A DNA stretch of 40,031 nucleotides from positions 1-40,031 of the IMG/VR virus record IMGVR_UViG_3300037540_000292; one strand, written 5' to 3'. The notes under the pieces were generated by a model. The model did not search any database. It had not been told where the DNA came from and worked only from the letters and a program-made list of their open reading frames with translations. Origin of the DNA: a virus. Shown one piece after another: positions 33,010-39,866 of the stretch. Position 1 is the stretch's first letter, and each line of letters starts with the position of its first letter. The position numbers and the translations under genes are program-made.

Positions 33010-33969
33010 GTGCATATTCTCATTTTATCGTCTATCTTTTTGGCTTTTGGTATTGGGCTTTACTTTTCCGTTAAAAATAATCTACACGCTATCCCTTCCT
33101 TAATTTCCGCAATTTCAAACTGCCTCTTGTCTTACCTAATTTTTCTAAAAAATAAGTCAAGCAAAATTACTAAAAGTTTTATACTTTGGTCTATGAGTTT
33201 GGCTATTTTTAACGCTGCAATATGGGGTCTTTACATCGCACCAAATCAGACTTTCGCATTATACTGGAGTAGGTTTTTCCGTATTGGTCTTTTATTTTTA
33301 CCGTCAACGTTTTACAATTTTGTTTACTATTTTATCCGTTGCAAAAACAAATTCCGCAAAGGATTAATTTATGTCTTTTATGGATTCTCCGAAATCTTCG
33401 CATTCCTTAATTTTTTAGGACTTTTTGAAAATGATTTTTTTTATTCAAAAAATAAGTGGATGCCCAGGGTTGGTTGGATTTATTTTTGCTTTATAATGTT
33501 TCTTCTGATAGTTTCTTCCTATTCAATCTGGTTGCTTTATCAACGTCAAAAAGATTGTCCGCAGTGTGAAAAGAATCAAATCAGATATATCTATTTGGCT
33601 TCGGCGATCCTTCTGATTTTTGGATTCACCAATACTTTCGCTTCTTTGGGATATGCTATTTATCCGATGGGGAGTATTGGCTATCTGTTATATTCCGGTA
33701 TCATCGGATACGCTATAATAGAGGACAATCTACTTGATTTGACTTTTGTTTTACGGAAAAGTTTTATTTATTTGGTTTTGGTTGCGGTTCTTTCACTGGC
33801 TTATATCGGTTCAATATGGGCTTTTATGTACGTTTATCGTCTCGTAAATGACGAAGGCTCTGAAAATTTTGTAATATATTCATTGTCAGGAATTATCGTC
33901 GGTTTATTGATTTTGCCATTAAGGAATCTTGCACAAAGGCAGATTGACAGGAAGTTTTTGAAAGAATGA
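33010..33969 (+). CDS. Polytopic membrane protein resembling the N-terminal 7TM sensor domain of histidine kinases or GGDEF proteins, with no output domain
   Basis: 319 aa with about 8 hydrophobic helices. GYAIIEDNLLDLTFVLRKSFIY resembles the end of 7TM sensor modules. The start is GTG with no obvious SD. Confidence 0.55.
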   Translation: MHILILSSIFLAFGIGLYFSVKNNLHAIPSLISAISNCLLSYLIFLKNKSSKITKSFILWSMSLAIFNAAIWGLYIAPNQTFALYWSRFFRIGLLFLPSTFYNFVYYFIRCKNKFRKGLIYVFYGFSEIFAFLNFLGLFENDFFYSKNKWMPRVGWIYFCFIMFLLIVSSYSIWLLYQRQKDCPQCEKNQIRYIYLASAILLIFGFTNTFASLGYAIYPMGSIGYLLYSGIIGYAIIEDNLLDLTFVLRKSFIYLVLVAVLSLAYIGSIWAFMYVYRLVNDEGSENFVIYSLSGIIVGLLILPLRNLAQRQIDRKFLKE

Positions 33970-33970
33970 A

Positions 33971-34204
33971 TTATTTTTCTGTTGACTGTAAAAATTTATC
34001 TTTTTGATTAATTAGTCTTATGTTTGTTATTATTTTAGGCTCTTTCACCTTGTATGAAAAATCAATATAAAAGATTAGCCACGAAAAGCATATAGTGTAA
34101 TAATTTCTTTTATCAATTGTTTTTAATATGCGAAATAAATCTACCGACGGTAGCAATTTAATAACAGTAAAAGTCTTGTCTCTAATAAATTTGATTTTAA
34201 TCAT
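33971..34204 (-). CDS. Hypothetical protein (the only non-overlapping minus-strand ORF)
   Basis: It fills a gap of about 285 nt that has no + strand ORF. On the minus strand, TATAAT lies 6 nt upstream of the ATG, so the mRNA may be leaderless. Confidence 0.4.
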   Translation of the reverse strand: MIKIKFIRDKTFTVIKLLPSVDLFRILKTIDKRNYYTICFSWLIFYIDFSYKVKEPKIITNIRLINQKDKFLQSTEK

Positions 34205-34223
34205 ATTTTTATTATAGCAAGAT

Positions 34224-34252
34224 TTGACAAAAAATTCTTGAAATAGTAAAAT
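34224..34252 (+). promoter_or_regulatory. Sigma70-type promoter (TTGACA, 17-nt spacer, TAAAAT)
   Basis: Consensus -35 at 34224..29, a 17-nt spacer, and the -10 at 34247..52. AAGGAG and ATG 34273 follow. Confidence 0.6.
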
Positions 34253-34272
34253 ATATGCGAAAGGAGTATGGT

Positions 34273-34533
34273 ATGAAATATAGAAAAAAACCAGTAATTG
34301 TTCATGCTTTCAAGATTGATGGTTCAAAGGAAACTCTTGATAATTTGCTGAGAAAAGGGTTTCGTCCAAAGTCTTGGAAATATGATAATGGTAAAATCGT
34401 TGTAAAAATAAATACTTTGGAAGGGGTTATGACTGCACATCAGGGTGATTACATTATCAAAGGAGTCAAAGGCGAATTTTATCCTTGCAAGCCAGATATT
34501 TTTGAAAAAACATATGAAAAAGTTGTAAAATAG
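34273..34533 (+). CDS. Conserved-looking small phage protein (KKPV...TLEG...GDYIIKG..GE.YPCKPDIF)
   Basis: AAGGAG lies 6 nt upstream of ATG 34273. ATG 34255 would lie upstream of the predicted transcription start. Confidence 0.8.
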   Translation: MKYRKKPVIVHAFKIDGSKETLDNLLRKGFRPKSWKYDNGKIVVKINTLEGVMTAHQGDYIIKGVKGEFYPCKPDIFEKTYEKVVK

Positions 34534-34537
34534 GAAT

Positions 34538-34672
34538 GTGAGTATGGCGGAATGTTTCGGAGACGCAAGTTGCGAGTTCTGTATCGGAAACTTGCTCAAT
34601 TGTTGGCAGGCACATGCCATAACAATGTGCTAAATGGATACGTGCAGGGGTTCAAGTCCTTTGCTACTCACT
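34538..34672 (+). ncRNA. Structured intergenic RNA candidate with tRNA-like closing helix and T arm
   Basis: GTGAGTA (34538..44) pairs with TACTCAC (34665..71). A GGTTCAAGTCC T-loop motif sits in a 7-bp stem (34644..64). Two internal hairpins span 34572..95 and 34599..626. The 157-nt gap has no ORF. Confidence 0.35.
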
Positions 34673-34690
34673 TTATAAGAGGTATAAAAT

Positions 34691-34852
34691 ATGATATGTA
34701 TTTTTTGTGGTGGCAATAATGTGTACTGGGAAAATATAGGCGGTATTGCAAAGAGTATCGGTACGCCCCCTTTTTCGTATTGCCCGGATTGCGGTAAGTC
34801 TCATTGTCGCAAAGAAGAAGAAGAAGAAGAAAATGGCAATGAAAAGGATTAG
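34691..34852 (+). CDS. Mini zinc-ribbon protein (CIFC...CPDC), acidic tail, 53 aa
   Basis: An AAGAGG RBS is present. The sequence is MICIFCGGNNVYWEN...YCPDCGKSHCRKEEEEEE. It is too short for the ORF track. Confidence 0.55.
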   Translation: MICIFCGGNNVYWENIGGIAKSIGTPPFSYCPDCGKSHCRKEEEEEENGNEKD

Positions 34853-35126
34853 TTACGTAAATCACAATTTATTATACGTCGTTATTCTATGCATTTTTAT
34901 ATCGGCAGTATTTTTGCAATGGAAAAAACGTTTAGAATTCAAAAAATTTACTGAATTTATAAGCGATAATAGTTACTTTTTGAGCAAATATAATAGAGAC
35001 CTTATACTCTCTAATGGAGAGGAAGAGTCAAAATGCCATGAATCTTTGGGTATAAATGACCATATACCGGGGGGACACAAATCTTTAGAGATAAATGAGC
35101 ATATACCCGATTCCGTGAGGCTATGA
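34833..35126 (+). CDS. Membrane-anchored hypothetical protein
   Basis: It uses the internal ATG of track ORF 34746..35126. The TM segment is LLYVVILCIFISAVFL, and the C-terminus has a duplicated SL-x-IN-x-HIP motif. Confidence 0.6.
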   Translation: MAMKRISYVNHNLLYVVILCIFISAVFLQWKKRLEFKKFTEFISDNSYFLSKYNRDLILSNGEEESKCHESLGINDHIPGGHKSLEINEHIPDSVRL

Positions 35127-35280
35127 CTTGAGTCGTTGCCAGACCAACTATAATGTTAAACGATATCAAAGATATGAAAACTTTAGAGTATAAAAAATTG
35201 CCTGAATATGATTTTTATAATTATCGAGTTAGTCGTCTCAATAACCTTTTTTTGAGTTTGTTTTTAGAAGGAAGAAAACA

Positions 35281-35625
35281 ATGGATAAATTAAACAAAGA
35301 TTTCAACGAACTAAAACAAGATGTAAACGCAGTAATTGACAAAGCAGTAAAGTTTTTGGCAGAGCCTATTTTGGAATGCAAGGATTCAAAAGATTTTCTA
35401 AAAATGCTTGCCAAACTTGGAGACAAGGCTTATGATGGCAATAAACTTGCGAAGAAAATTAAGTTTATTCCTGCGAAATTGTTTTTTAAGATGAGCGAAT
35501 CTTTTGACAGGTTTGTTTTTGGGTTTATCTTAAAATTTATTGATAAAAGTTTTTTGAAAAAACATCTCGGAAAAGATTGGTTTATAAAACTGCAAAACAA
35601 GGCAAGAATTTCTACAAGAACTTAA
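35281..35625 (+). CDS. Hypothetical protein
   Basis: 114-aa ORF with a GAAGGAAG RBS. Confidence 0.75.
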   Translation: MDKLNKDFNELKQDVNAVIDKAVKFLAEPILECKDSKDFLKMLAKLGDKAYDGNKLAKKIKFIPAKLFFKMSESFDRFVFGFILKFIDKSFLKKHLGKDWFIKLQNKARISTRT

Positions 35626-35697
35626 GTAATTATTCTTTAATTTCCTTATAATATATTAGATAAAGTCTTATTGTAACGCGATGTAACTATTGGGAAA

Positions 35698-35892
35698 ATG
35701 AACAACAAAAAATTAATGTTAATACTTGGAATAGTTAATTTATTGCTATTTCTTAACTTCAAGCATATTCATCCTTGTTTTAGTCTTATAATTTTTGTCG
35801 GTAGTGCATTTTTAATGCTGGCAATTTTAATGTATGAATATGAATGTTTTTTGAAAGAATATCAAAATGATAAAGAAAAAAATTGTATATGA
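35698..35892 (+). CDS. Small 2-TM membrane protein (holin-like topology)
   Basis: 64 aa with two hydrophobic helices. Confidence 0.6.
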   Translation: MNNKKLMLILGIVNLLLFLNFKHIHPCFSLIIFVGSAFLMLAILMYEYECFLKEYQNDKEKNCI

Positions 35893-36005
35893 ACGAAAAC
35901 TTACTTGACTGTGGAACTTGTATTTTGCAAGGAACAATTGGATGTAAAAATTGTCATAGTGGAGATGTGATAGTTACTATCAAAGAAGAAAAGGAATCGG
36001 AATGA
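35889..36005 (+). CDS. Mini Cys-rich protein (CGTC...CKNC), 38 aa
   Basis: ATGA overlaps at both ends. Confidence 0.4.
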   Translation: MNENLLDCGTCILQGTIGCKNCHSGDVIVTIKEEKESE

Positions 36006-36205
36006 GTGATAAGCAAATTTACAAATCTAAAAAAGCAACGCAGTCGTGGATTGGGGCAATATGCGTGATATTCTTTGCCTGCGTATCTTATCTTATTGGA
36101 TTGCCAAAAGATTTGATTGTTTCGGTATCAACGATAATCGGTGGTATGTTCGGTGCGTCGGTATTGAGTCAGGGTGTTCAAGATACTTTTAAGAAGGAAA
36201 AATGA
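36002..36205 (+). CDS. Small 2-TM membrane protein (holin-like topology)
   Basis: 67 aa, with WIGAICVIFFACVSYLIGL and IVSVSTIIGGMFGASVL. The C-terminus GVQDTFKKEK is shared with the next gene. Confidence 0.65.
   Translation: MSDKQIYKSKKATQSWIGAICVIFFACVSYLIGLPKDLIVSVSTIIGGMFGASVLSQGVQDTFKKEK
36173..36205. repeat. 33-bp direct repeat, copy 1 (gene 3' end)
   Basis: 30/33 identity with 36490..36522, and the last 23 nt, including the stop, are identical. Confidence 0.9.
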
Positions 36206-36234
36206 AATTGGTTGCGGTAAGGTGGTGATGACAG

Positions 36235-36522
36235 ATGATAACAAATGAAACAATCAGGATAATAACCGAAATTATAAGGGATAAAATAAAAACTGAAATG
36301 ATAAAAGCGATAAAAAATGACGAATATGGCGAAGTTCAGTCTGAATGTTTAGAGGGACAATTTTCGCTAAATGCACATTGTCCTCCTGAAGACGCTACAT
36401 GGAGACGAAACTTGAAGAAACTATATCAAATTAGACTGGAAATTGGCATACGAAACACGATTAAAGTTTTGGGCGAAAACCTTGAATTAGGGGTTCAGAA
36501 TACTTTTAAGAAGGAAAAATGA
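36235..36522 (+). CDS. Hypothetical protein
   Basis: 95-aa ORF with an AAGGTGGTGA RBS. Confidence 0.7.
   Translation: MITNETIRIITEIIRDKIKTEMIKAIKNDEYGEVQSECLEGQFSLNAHCPPEDATWRRNLKKLYQIRLEIGIRNTIKVLGENLELGVQNTFKKEK
36490..36522. repeat. 33-bp direct repeat, copy 2 (gene 3' end)
   Basis: See 36173..36205. Confidence 0.9.
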
Positions 36523-36641
36523 GATGTAAGGGATATAGTAAAGAAGAAGTTACTCTTAAAGATTTTGAAAAAGAATTTATTAAGACCAAAAAGTCTAAAA
36601 AGAATTATGATAAAAAATATAAACGAAAGGGAAATAAATAA
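36519..36641 (+). CDS. Hypothetical basic small protein (40 aa; uncertain)
   Basis: Overlapping start and stop with both neighbours. Lys-rich. Confidence 0.35.
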   Translation: MRCKGYSKEEVTLKDFEKEFIKTKKSKKNYDKKYKRKGNK

Positions 36642-36940
36642 TGGTGAAGACAAGTAATAATTTGGGAAAAAAACAATTAACAAACTACATTCTTGAAGGA
36701 AATAGTTCAATATCATTACCGGTCTTGAAGGTTACCAATACTGCACTAAGTTGTTGGAAATTAAATTTTTTTGAGCGTATCTGTGTTTTATTTTTGGGTA
36801 GAATTTTCGTTTGTCAAAAAGGGATACCAGATGTTGAAACAGGATTAGTGTATTGCCCTATATGGTTAAAAGTTTTCAGAAGTCAAGCAATAGAAGAGCA
36901 GAGAAATGCTGTAATCAATACGAAAGGGGAATCAAAATGA
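36641..36940 (+). CDS. Hypothetical protein
   Basis: 99-aa ORF. Confidence 0.6.
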   Translation: MVKTSNNLGKKQLTNYILEGNSSISLPVLKVTNTALSCWKLNFFERICVLFLGRIFVCQKGIPDVETGLVYCPIWLKVFRSQAIEEQRNAVINTKGESK

Positions 36941-37389
36941 GAAAGATTTTGTTAGCATTAGTCGTGATGATCGGATTGTCGGTAGTAGCAAAAGCGGAGG
37001 ATACGACTGCACTTTTTCAGTGGGGTGGACTTAAAGGGTATATACCCTTAAAAAACATAAGCATAGTGTCTCTTTACGATTTGTGGAATTCAGGTGGTCT
37101 TTATGGAGCAGAAACTACAGTTTTATCTTTTGAGAAAATCAACTTAAACATCGGGGCGATGGGGACTACTCCGCAATATGCTAAAGGGGGAGACGGCTCT
37201 CCGTATGCAAGTCTTGATTATGACTTTGCAAGTATCAAACCTGATTTTTTGGATTTTATAAATGACGCAGATTTGCATTTTGGCGTCTTTGCCGGTTATG
37301 ATTTCAATCTTAAAAAAATTGACGAAAACGGGAATGAGGAAACTGGAGATTTCAGGGTTGGAGTAAAAATGTCCAAAAGGTGCTGGTGA
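36937..37389 (+). CDS. Secreted protein (signal peptide), possibly envelope-associated
   Basis: MRKILLALVVMIGLSVVAKA followed by beta-rich sequence. ATGA overlap, using the internal ATG of track ORF 36853..37389. Confidence 0.75.
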   Translation: MRKILLALVVMIGLSVVAKAEDTTALFQWGGLKGYIPLKNISIVSLYDLWNSGGLYGAETTVLSFEKINLNIGAMGTTPQYAKGGDGSPYASLDYDFASIKPDFLDFINDADLHFGVFAGYDFNLKKIDENGNEETGDFRVGVKMSKRCW

Positions 37390-37390
37390 G

Positions 37391-37552
37391 ATGACTTCAG
37401 AACGTGTAAAAAATGCCATTAAACAAATTTGTGATGATCTTGTATCTTTGGAACAAAAAGAATTTTCTGAATTATTAGAAACTTATAAGGAAACAGATAT
37501 TACAGAGTTGTTATTGCATTCTGGAATGTTTGAGGTAGCAATAAATGAATGA
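37391..37552 (+). CDS. Hypothetical small protein (53 aa)
   Basis: It fills the gap between 37389 and 37545. Too short for the ORF track. Confidence 0.45.
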   Translation: MTSERVKNAIKQICDDLVSLEQKEFSELLETYKETDITELLLHSGMFEVAINE

Positions 37553-37919
37553 AACTAAGTGTAAGTGTGGTTGTGGTTTTGAAATACAACAGTCATTCCG
37601 ACATGTTTTGCAAAATATTGAGAACAAACTGCGTGCAGAATATGACCCCCATTATGAACTCAATTTTACGTCAGTTGCCCGTTGCCCGAGAGATAACGAG
37701 AGGGTGGGTGGCTCGAGGAACTCAACGCACCTTTTAGGTTTGGCAGCCGACATAATAATAGAAAACAGTCGGCACAGATATTTCTTTGTGAAAATCCTTT
37801 GCGAAATGAATATAAGACGTTTTGGTGTTGGCAAAAGGTTTGTGCATATAGACATCGCTGTCGGCAAACTTGTTTTGGACGAAGGAGAATATTCACAAGA
37901 CGTGGTATGGGTTTATTGA
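37545..37919 (+). CDS. Peptidase M15-family endolysin (zinc D-Ala-D-Ala carboxypeptidase-like fold)
   Basis: STHLLGLAADI (H-x-x-G-x-A-x-D) and FVHIDI (H-x-D) are the zinc ligand motifs. Confidence 0.8.
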   Translation: MNETKCKCGCGFEIQQSFRHVLQNIENKLRAEYDPHYELNFTSVARCPRDNERVGGSRNSTHLLGLAADIIIENSRHRYFFVKILCEMNIRRFGVGKRFVHIDIAVGKLVLDEGEYSQDVVWVY

Positions 37920-38062
37920 AAATTAAAAATTATGAATGCAAAAAATGTAAAAAAGTATTTAAGGCTTTTGCTAAAGGTCGGTGTCCTTTTTGTAAAAGTG
38001 AAGAAACTTTTGAAGTGTTGGAAGAAATAAAGTCCGTGTTAGATTTTATTGATACGATTTAG
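37907..38062 (+). CDS. Mini zinc-ribbon protein (CKKC...CPFC), paralog of 4170..4325
   Basis: Internal ATG of track ORF 37799..38062. The shared motifs are listed under 4170..4325. Confidence 0.55.
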   Translation: MGLLKIKNYECKKCKKVFKAFAKGRCPFCKSEETFEVLEEIKSVLDFIDTI

Positions 38063-38091
38063 TTGGCAATTTTATTGCAAGTATATATATT
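38063..38091 (+). promoter_or_regulatory. Possible sigma70-type promoter (TTGGCA, 17-nt spacer, TATATT)
   Basis: Hexamers at 38063..68 and 38086..91, upstream of ATG 38114. Confidence 0.35.
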
Positions 38092-38113
38092 ATCCTTTAA
38101 TTAAAGGCTAAAA

Positions 38114-38350
38114 ATGACAAAAAAATTGAGTAAGCGAAAAAAAATAATTAACCGCAAAAAAAATCAAAAAAGATACTATCAAAAAAATACAGAGAAATTT
38201 GCAAAAGACAGACGCTTATATTATCAAAAAAACAAACAAAGAATAAACTCCGATATGGTAGAACTTATCAAACTTGGACGTCATGCCCGTCGGTTAGGTC
38301 TTACCTTGAAAACAAAATCAATAGTTAGAGTAGATTGTAGCATTTCCTGA
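38114..38350 (+). CDS. Highly basic hypothetical protein (duplicated YYQKN motif)
   Basis: 78-aa ORF rich in K, R and Q. Confidence 0.65.
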   Translation: MTKKLSKRKKIINRKKNQKRYYQKNTEKFAKDRRLYYQKNKQRINSDMVELIKLGRHARRLGLTLKTKSIVRVDCSIS

Positions 38351-38367
38351 TTTTCACATCTTTTTTC

Positions 38368-38396
38368 TTGACAAATCTGAATATATATGTTAGTAT
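38368..38396 (+). promoter_or_regulatory. Sigma70-type promoter (TTGACA, 17-nt spacer, TAGTAT, with TG extended -10), copy 1
   Basis: cttgacaaatctgaatatatatgttagtata is nearly identical to the sequence at 38605..38635. AGGAG and ATG 38418 follow. Confidence 0.65.
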
Positions 38397-38417
38397 ATGT
38401 ATAGGAGAAAAGAGAAA

Positions 38418-38609
38418 ATGAAACTAAACTGTACGGCTTGCCAAAAACAAATTTTGAAAAAAGAATCTTACAAATGCGAACACTGTGGAATGGTATTATG
38501 TGCAAAGCATATATATTCGTACATAGACGGAAACAACATAGCAATAACGAAGCACTCGCCAGAATTGTGCGAAAAATGTTATCGGAAAAAATACGAAAAT
38601 AATGCTTGA
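38418..38609 (+). CDS. Zinc-finger protein (CTAC...CEHC...C..H...CEKC), 63 aa
   Basis: ATG 38418 lies downstream of the predicted transcription start and has an AGGAG RBS. ATG 38397 falls inside the promoter. Confidence 0.65.
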   Translation: MKLNCTACQKQILKKESYKCEHCGMVLCAKHIYSYIDGNNIAITKHSPELCEKCYRKKYENNA

Positions 38610-38634
38610 CAAGTCTGAAAATATATGTTAGTAT
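38606..38634 (+). promoter_or_regulatory. Sigma70-type promoter (TTGACA, 17-nt spacer, TAGTAT), copy 2
   Basis: cttgacaagtctgaaaatatatgttagtata. AAGGAAGGG and ATG 38657 follow. Confidence 0.65.
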
Positions 38635-38656
38635 ATAAAAAAGGAAGGGTAAGAGA

Positions 38657-39187
38657 ATGTACGTAAATCATAGCGAGAGTGTAAGAAGCGCCGAAGCAAA
38701 ACAAAGAGGAGTCGTTCCAGCAAGTTATTTGGCAAAGAAACTAAAACGATACTACAAGAGCGTGATTGCGGAAGATGTTAAACAAGCATTACCTTATACT
38801 GAATGGCACCACACTTCAAGTCATTATAACTGCACTAATTTTTATGATTTGAAAATTTTAGCAGAAATTAAATATCGGAAAAAACTAAAGCAGACGATAC
38901 TTGACAGACTGAATAGTAGAGAATCTGATGGCGAAATAATCAGCGGAGTTACTTATATTGAATGGTCAGGAAGTCGTAACTACCCAACCAAAACAACCTA
39001 TTGGCTGGAGAAAGCCCGAATCACCAAAACTGGTGTTATGGCTAAAATTGAATCGTTGTCAAAATCTTATTACATTGTTGGTAATAATAAGTTTTGGACT
39101 GGCATTAAAATTGAAAATCCTATCAAGAAAAAAAACTATGAGGTCAACGTTAAGAAACCTGTTTATATAAATGTAGAAAGAAAGTAA
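38657..39187 (+). CDS. Hypothetical protein (early, strongly promoted)
   Basis: 176-aa ORF containing EWHHTSSHYNCTNFYD. I could not assign a family. Confidence 0.8.
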   Translation: MYVNHSESVRSAEAKQRGVVPASYLAKKLKRYYKSVIAEDVKQALPYTEWHHTSSHYNCTNFYDLKILAEIKYRKKLKQTILDRLNSRESDGEIISGVTYIEWSGSRNYPTKTTYWLEKARITKTGVMAKIESLSKSYYIVGNNKFWTGIKIENPIKKKNYEVNVKKPVYINVERK

Positions 39188-39223
39188 ATCGGTCTTTGGT
39201 GTGGCAAAGATTAATAAATAGGA

Positions 39224-39248
39224 GAGCAAGTGTGGTTGCTCATTTTTT
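39224..39248 (+). terminator. Rho-independent terminator
   Basis: GAGCAA-gtgtgg-TTGCTC followed by ATTTTTT. Confidence 0.65.
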
Positions 39249-39250
39249 AC

Positions 39251-39299
39251 GCCCGCAACCCACTGCCCCACACGGCACAAGGAAGCGGGCTAATTTTTT
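39251..39299 (+). terminator. Second hairpin plus T-run (tandem terminator or short structured RNA)
   Basis: GCCCGC (39251..56) pairs with GCGGGC (39285..90). The inner hairpin is TGCC-ccacac-GGCA, and TAATTTTTT follows. Confidence 0.45.
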
Positions 39300-39321
39300 C
39301 TGAATGTGGGTGGTGAAAAAC

Positions 39322-39426
39322 ATGAACACAGAGCAAAGAAAAAAGTTAGATGAGGCGTGGGTAGAGTATTACGATGAAAACGGCAATGACATTACCGATA
39401 TAGTGCAAGAGGAAAAAACCCGATAA
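39322..39426 (+). CDS. Hypothetical small acidic protein (34 aa; uncertain)
   Basis: A GGTGGTGA RBS lies 5 nt upstream of the ATG. Confidence 0.35.
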   Translation: MNTEQRKKLDEAWVEYYDENGNDITDIVQEEKTR

Positions 39427-39435
39427 GAGAGGAAA

Positions 39436-39597
39436 ATGGAAATGGAAATTATACTGAAATATGCACTGGCTGCATTGGTTGTGGTGGTATTGAACTATGG
39501 CGTACTGTATATTTATTTTTTCGTCAAGAATCGCAGAGAAGGTAAAAGGTGTTGGGAGAGGATTTGTAAAAACGTACAAATAAAGGGGGACAGATGA
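39436..39597 (+). CDS. Small single-TM membrane protein (53 aa)
   Basis: A GAGAGGAAAA RBS is present, the TM segment is YALAALVVVVLNYGVLYIYFFV, and the stop overlaps the next ATG. Confidence 0.45.
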   Translation: MEMEIILKYALAALVVVVLNYGVLYIYFFVKNRREGKRCWERICKNVQIKGDR

Positions 39598-39830
39598 AAT
39601 ACATAAAGTTTGATGATGGTAGTATAGTGATATTATTGAAGGGTGCGGCGGAAAAAATAGCAAATCACGATGAAGTTGAATTAAAAGGAAGAAAGCCAGT
39701 AAATGCCGGCATGTTAAATTTTTTCCCCGAAGGAGATGTAGAGACGATTGTTACCGGAGAATCGTTCACGCTCAGACTAAAGTGCGACGAGAAAGACGCC
39801 GAAACTATCGGCAAAGAATTATTTGACTAA
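39594..39830 (+). CDS. Hypothetical protein
   Basis: 78-aa ORF with an AAGGGGGA RBS. Confidence 0.7.
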   Translation: MKYIKFDDGSIVILLKGAAEKIANHDEVELKGRKPVNAGMLNFFPEGDVETIVTGESFTLRLKCDEKDAETIGKELFD

Positions 39831-39836
39831 TTTACC

Positions 39837-39866
39837 CGCAGGGGCGCTGCCCCCCTGGCGCCCCTG
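39837..39866 (+). other. Perfect 10-bp GC-rich inverted repeat (hairpin) after the last gene
   Basis: GCAGGGGCGC-tgcccccctg-GCGCCCCTGC. This is an outlier in an AT-rich genome. The T-run is weak, and a G-tract (39891..39904) follows. Confidence 0.5.

Noticed and set aside
39346-39663. 105-aa minus-strand ORF near the right end
   Set aside because: It overlaps three + strand small ORFs that have good RBSs and ATGA coupling. Its translation is low-complexity and hydrophobic.
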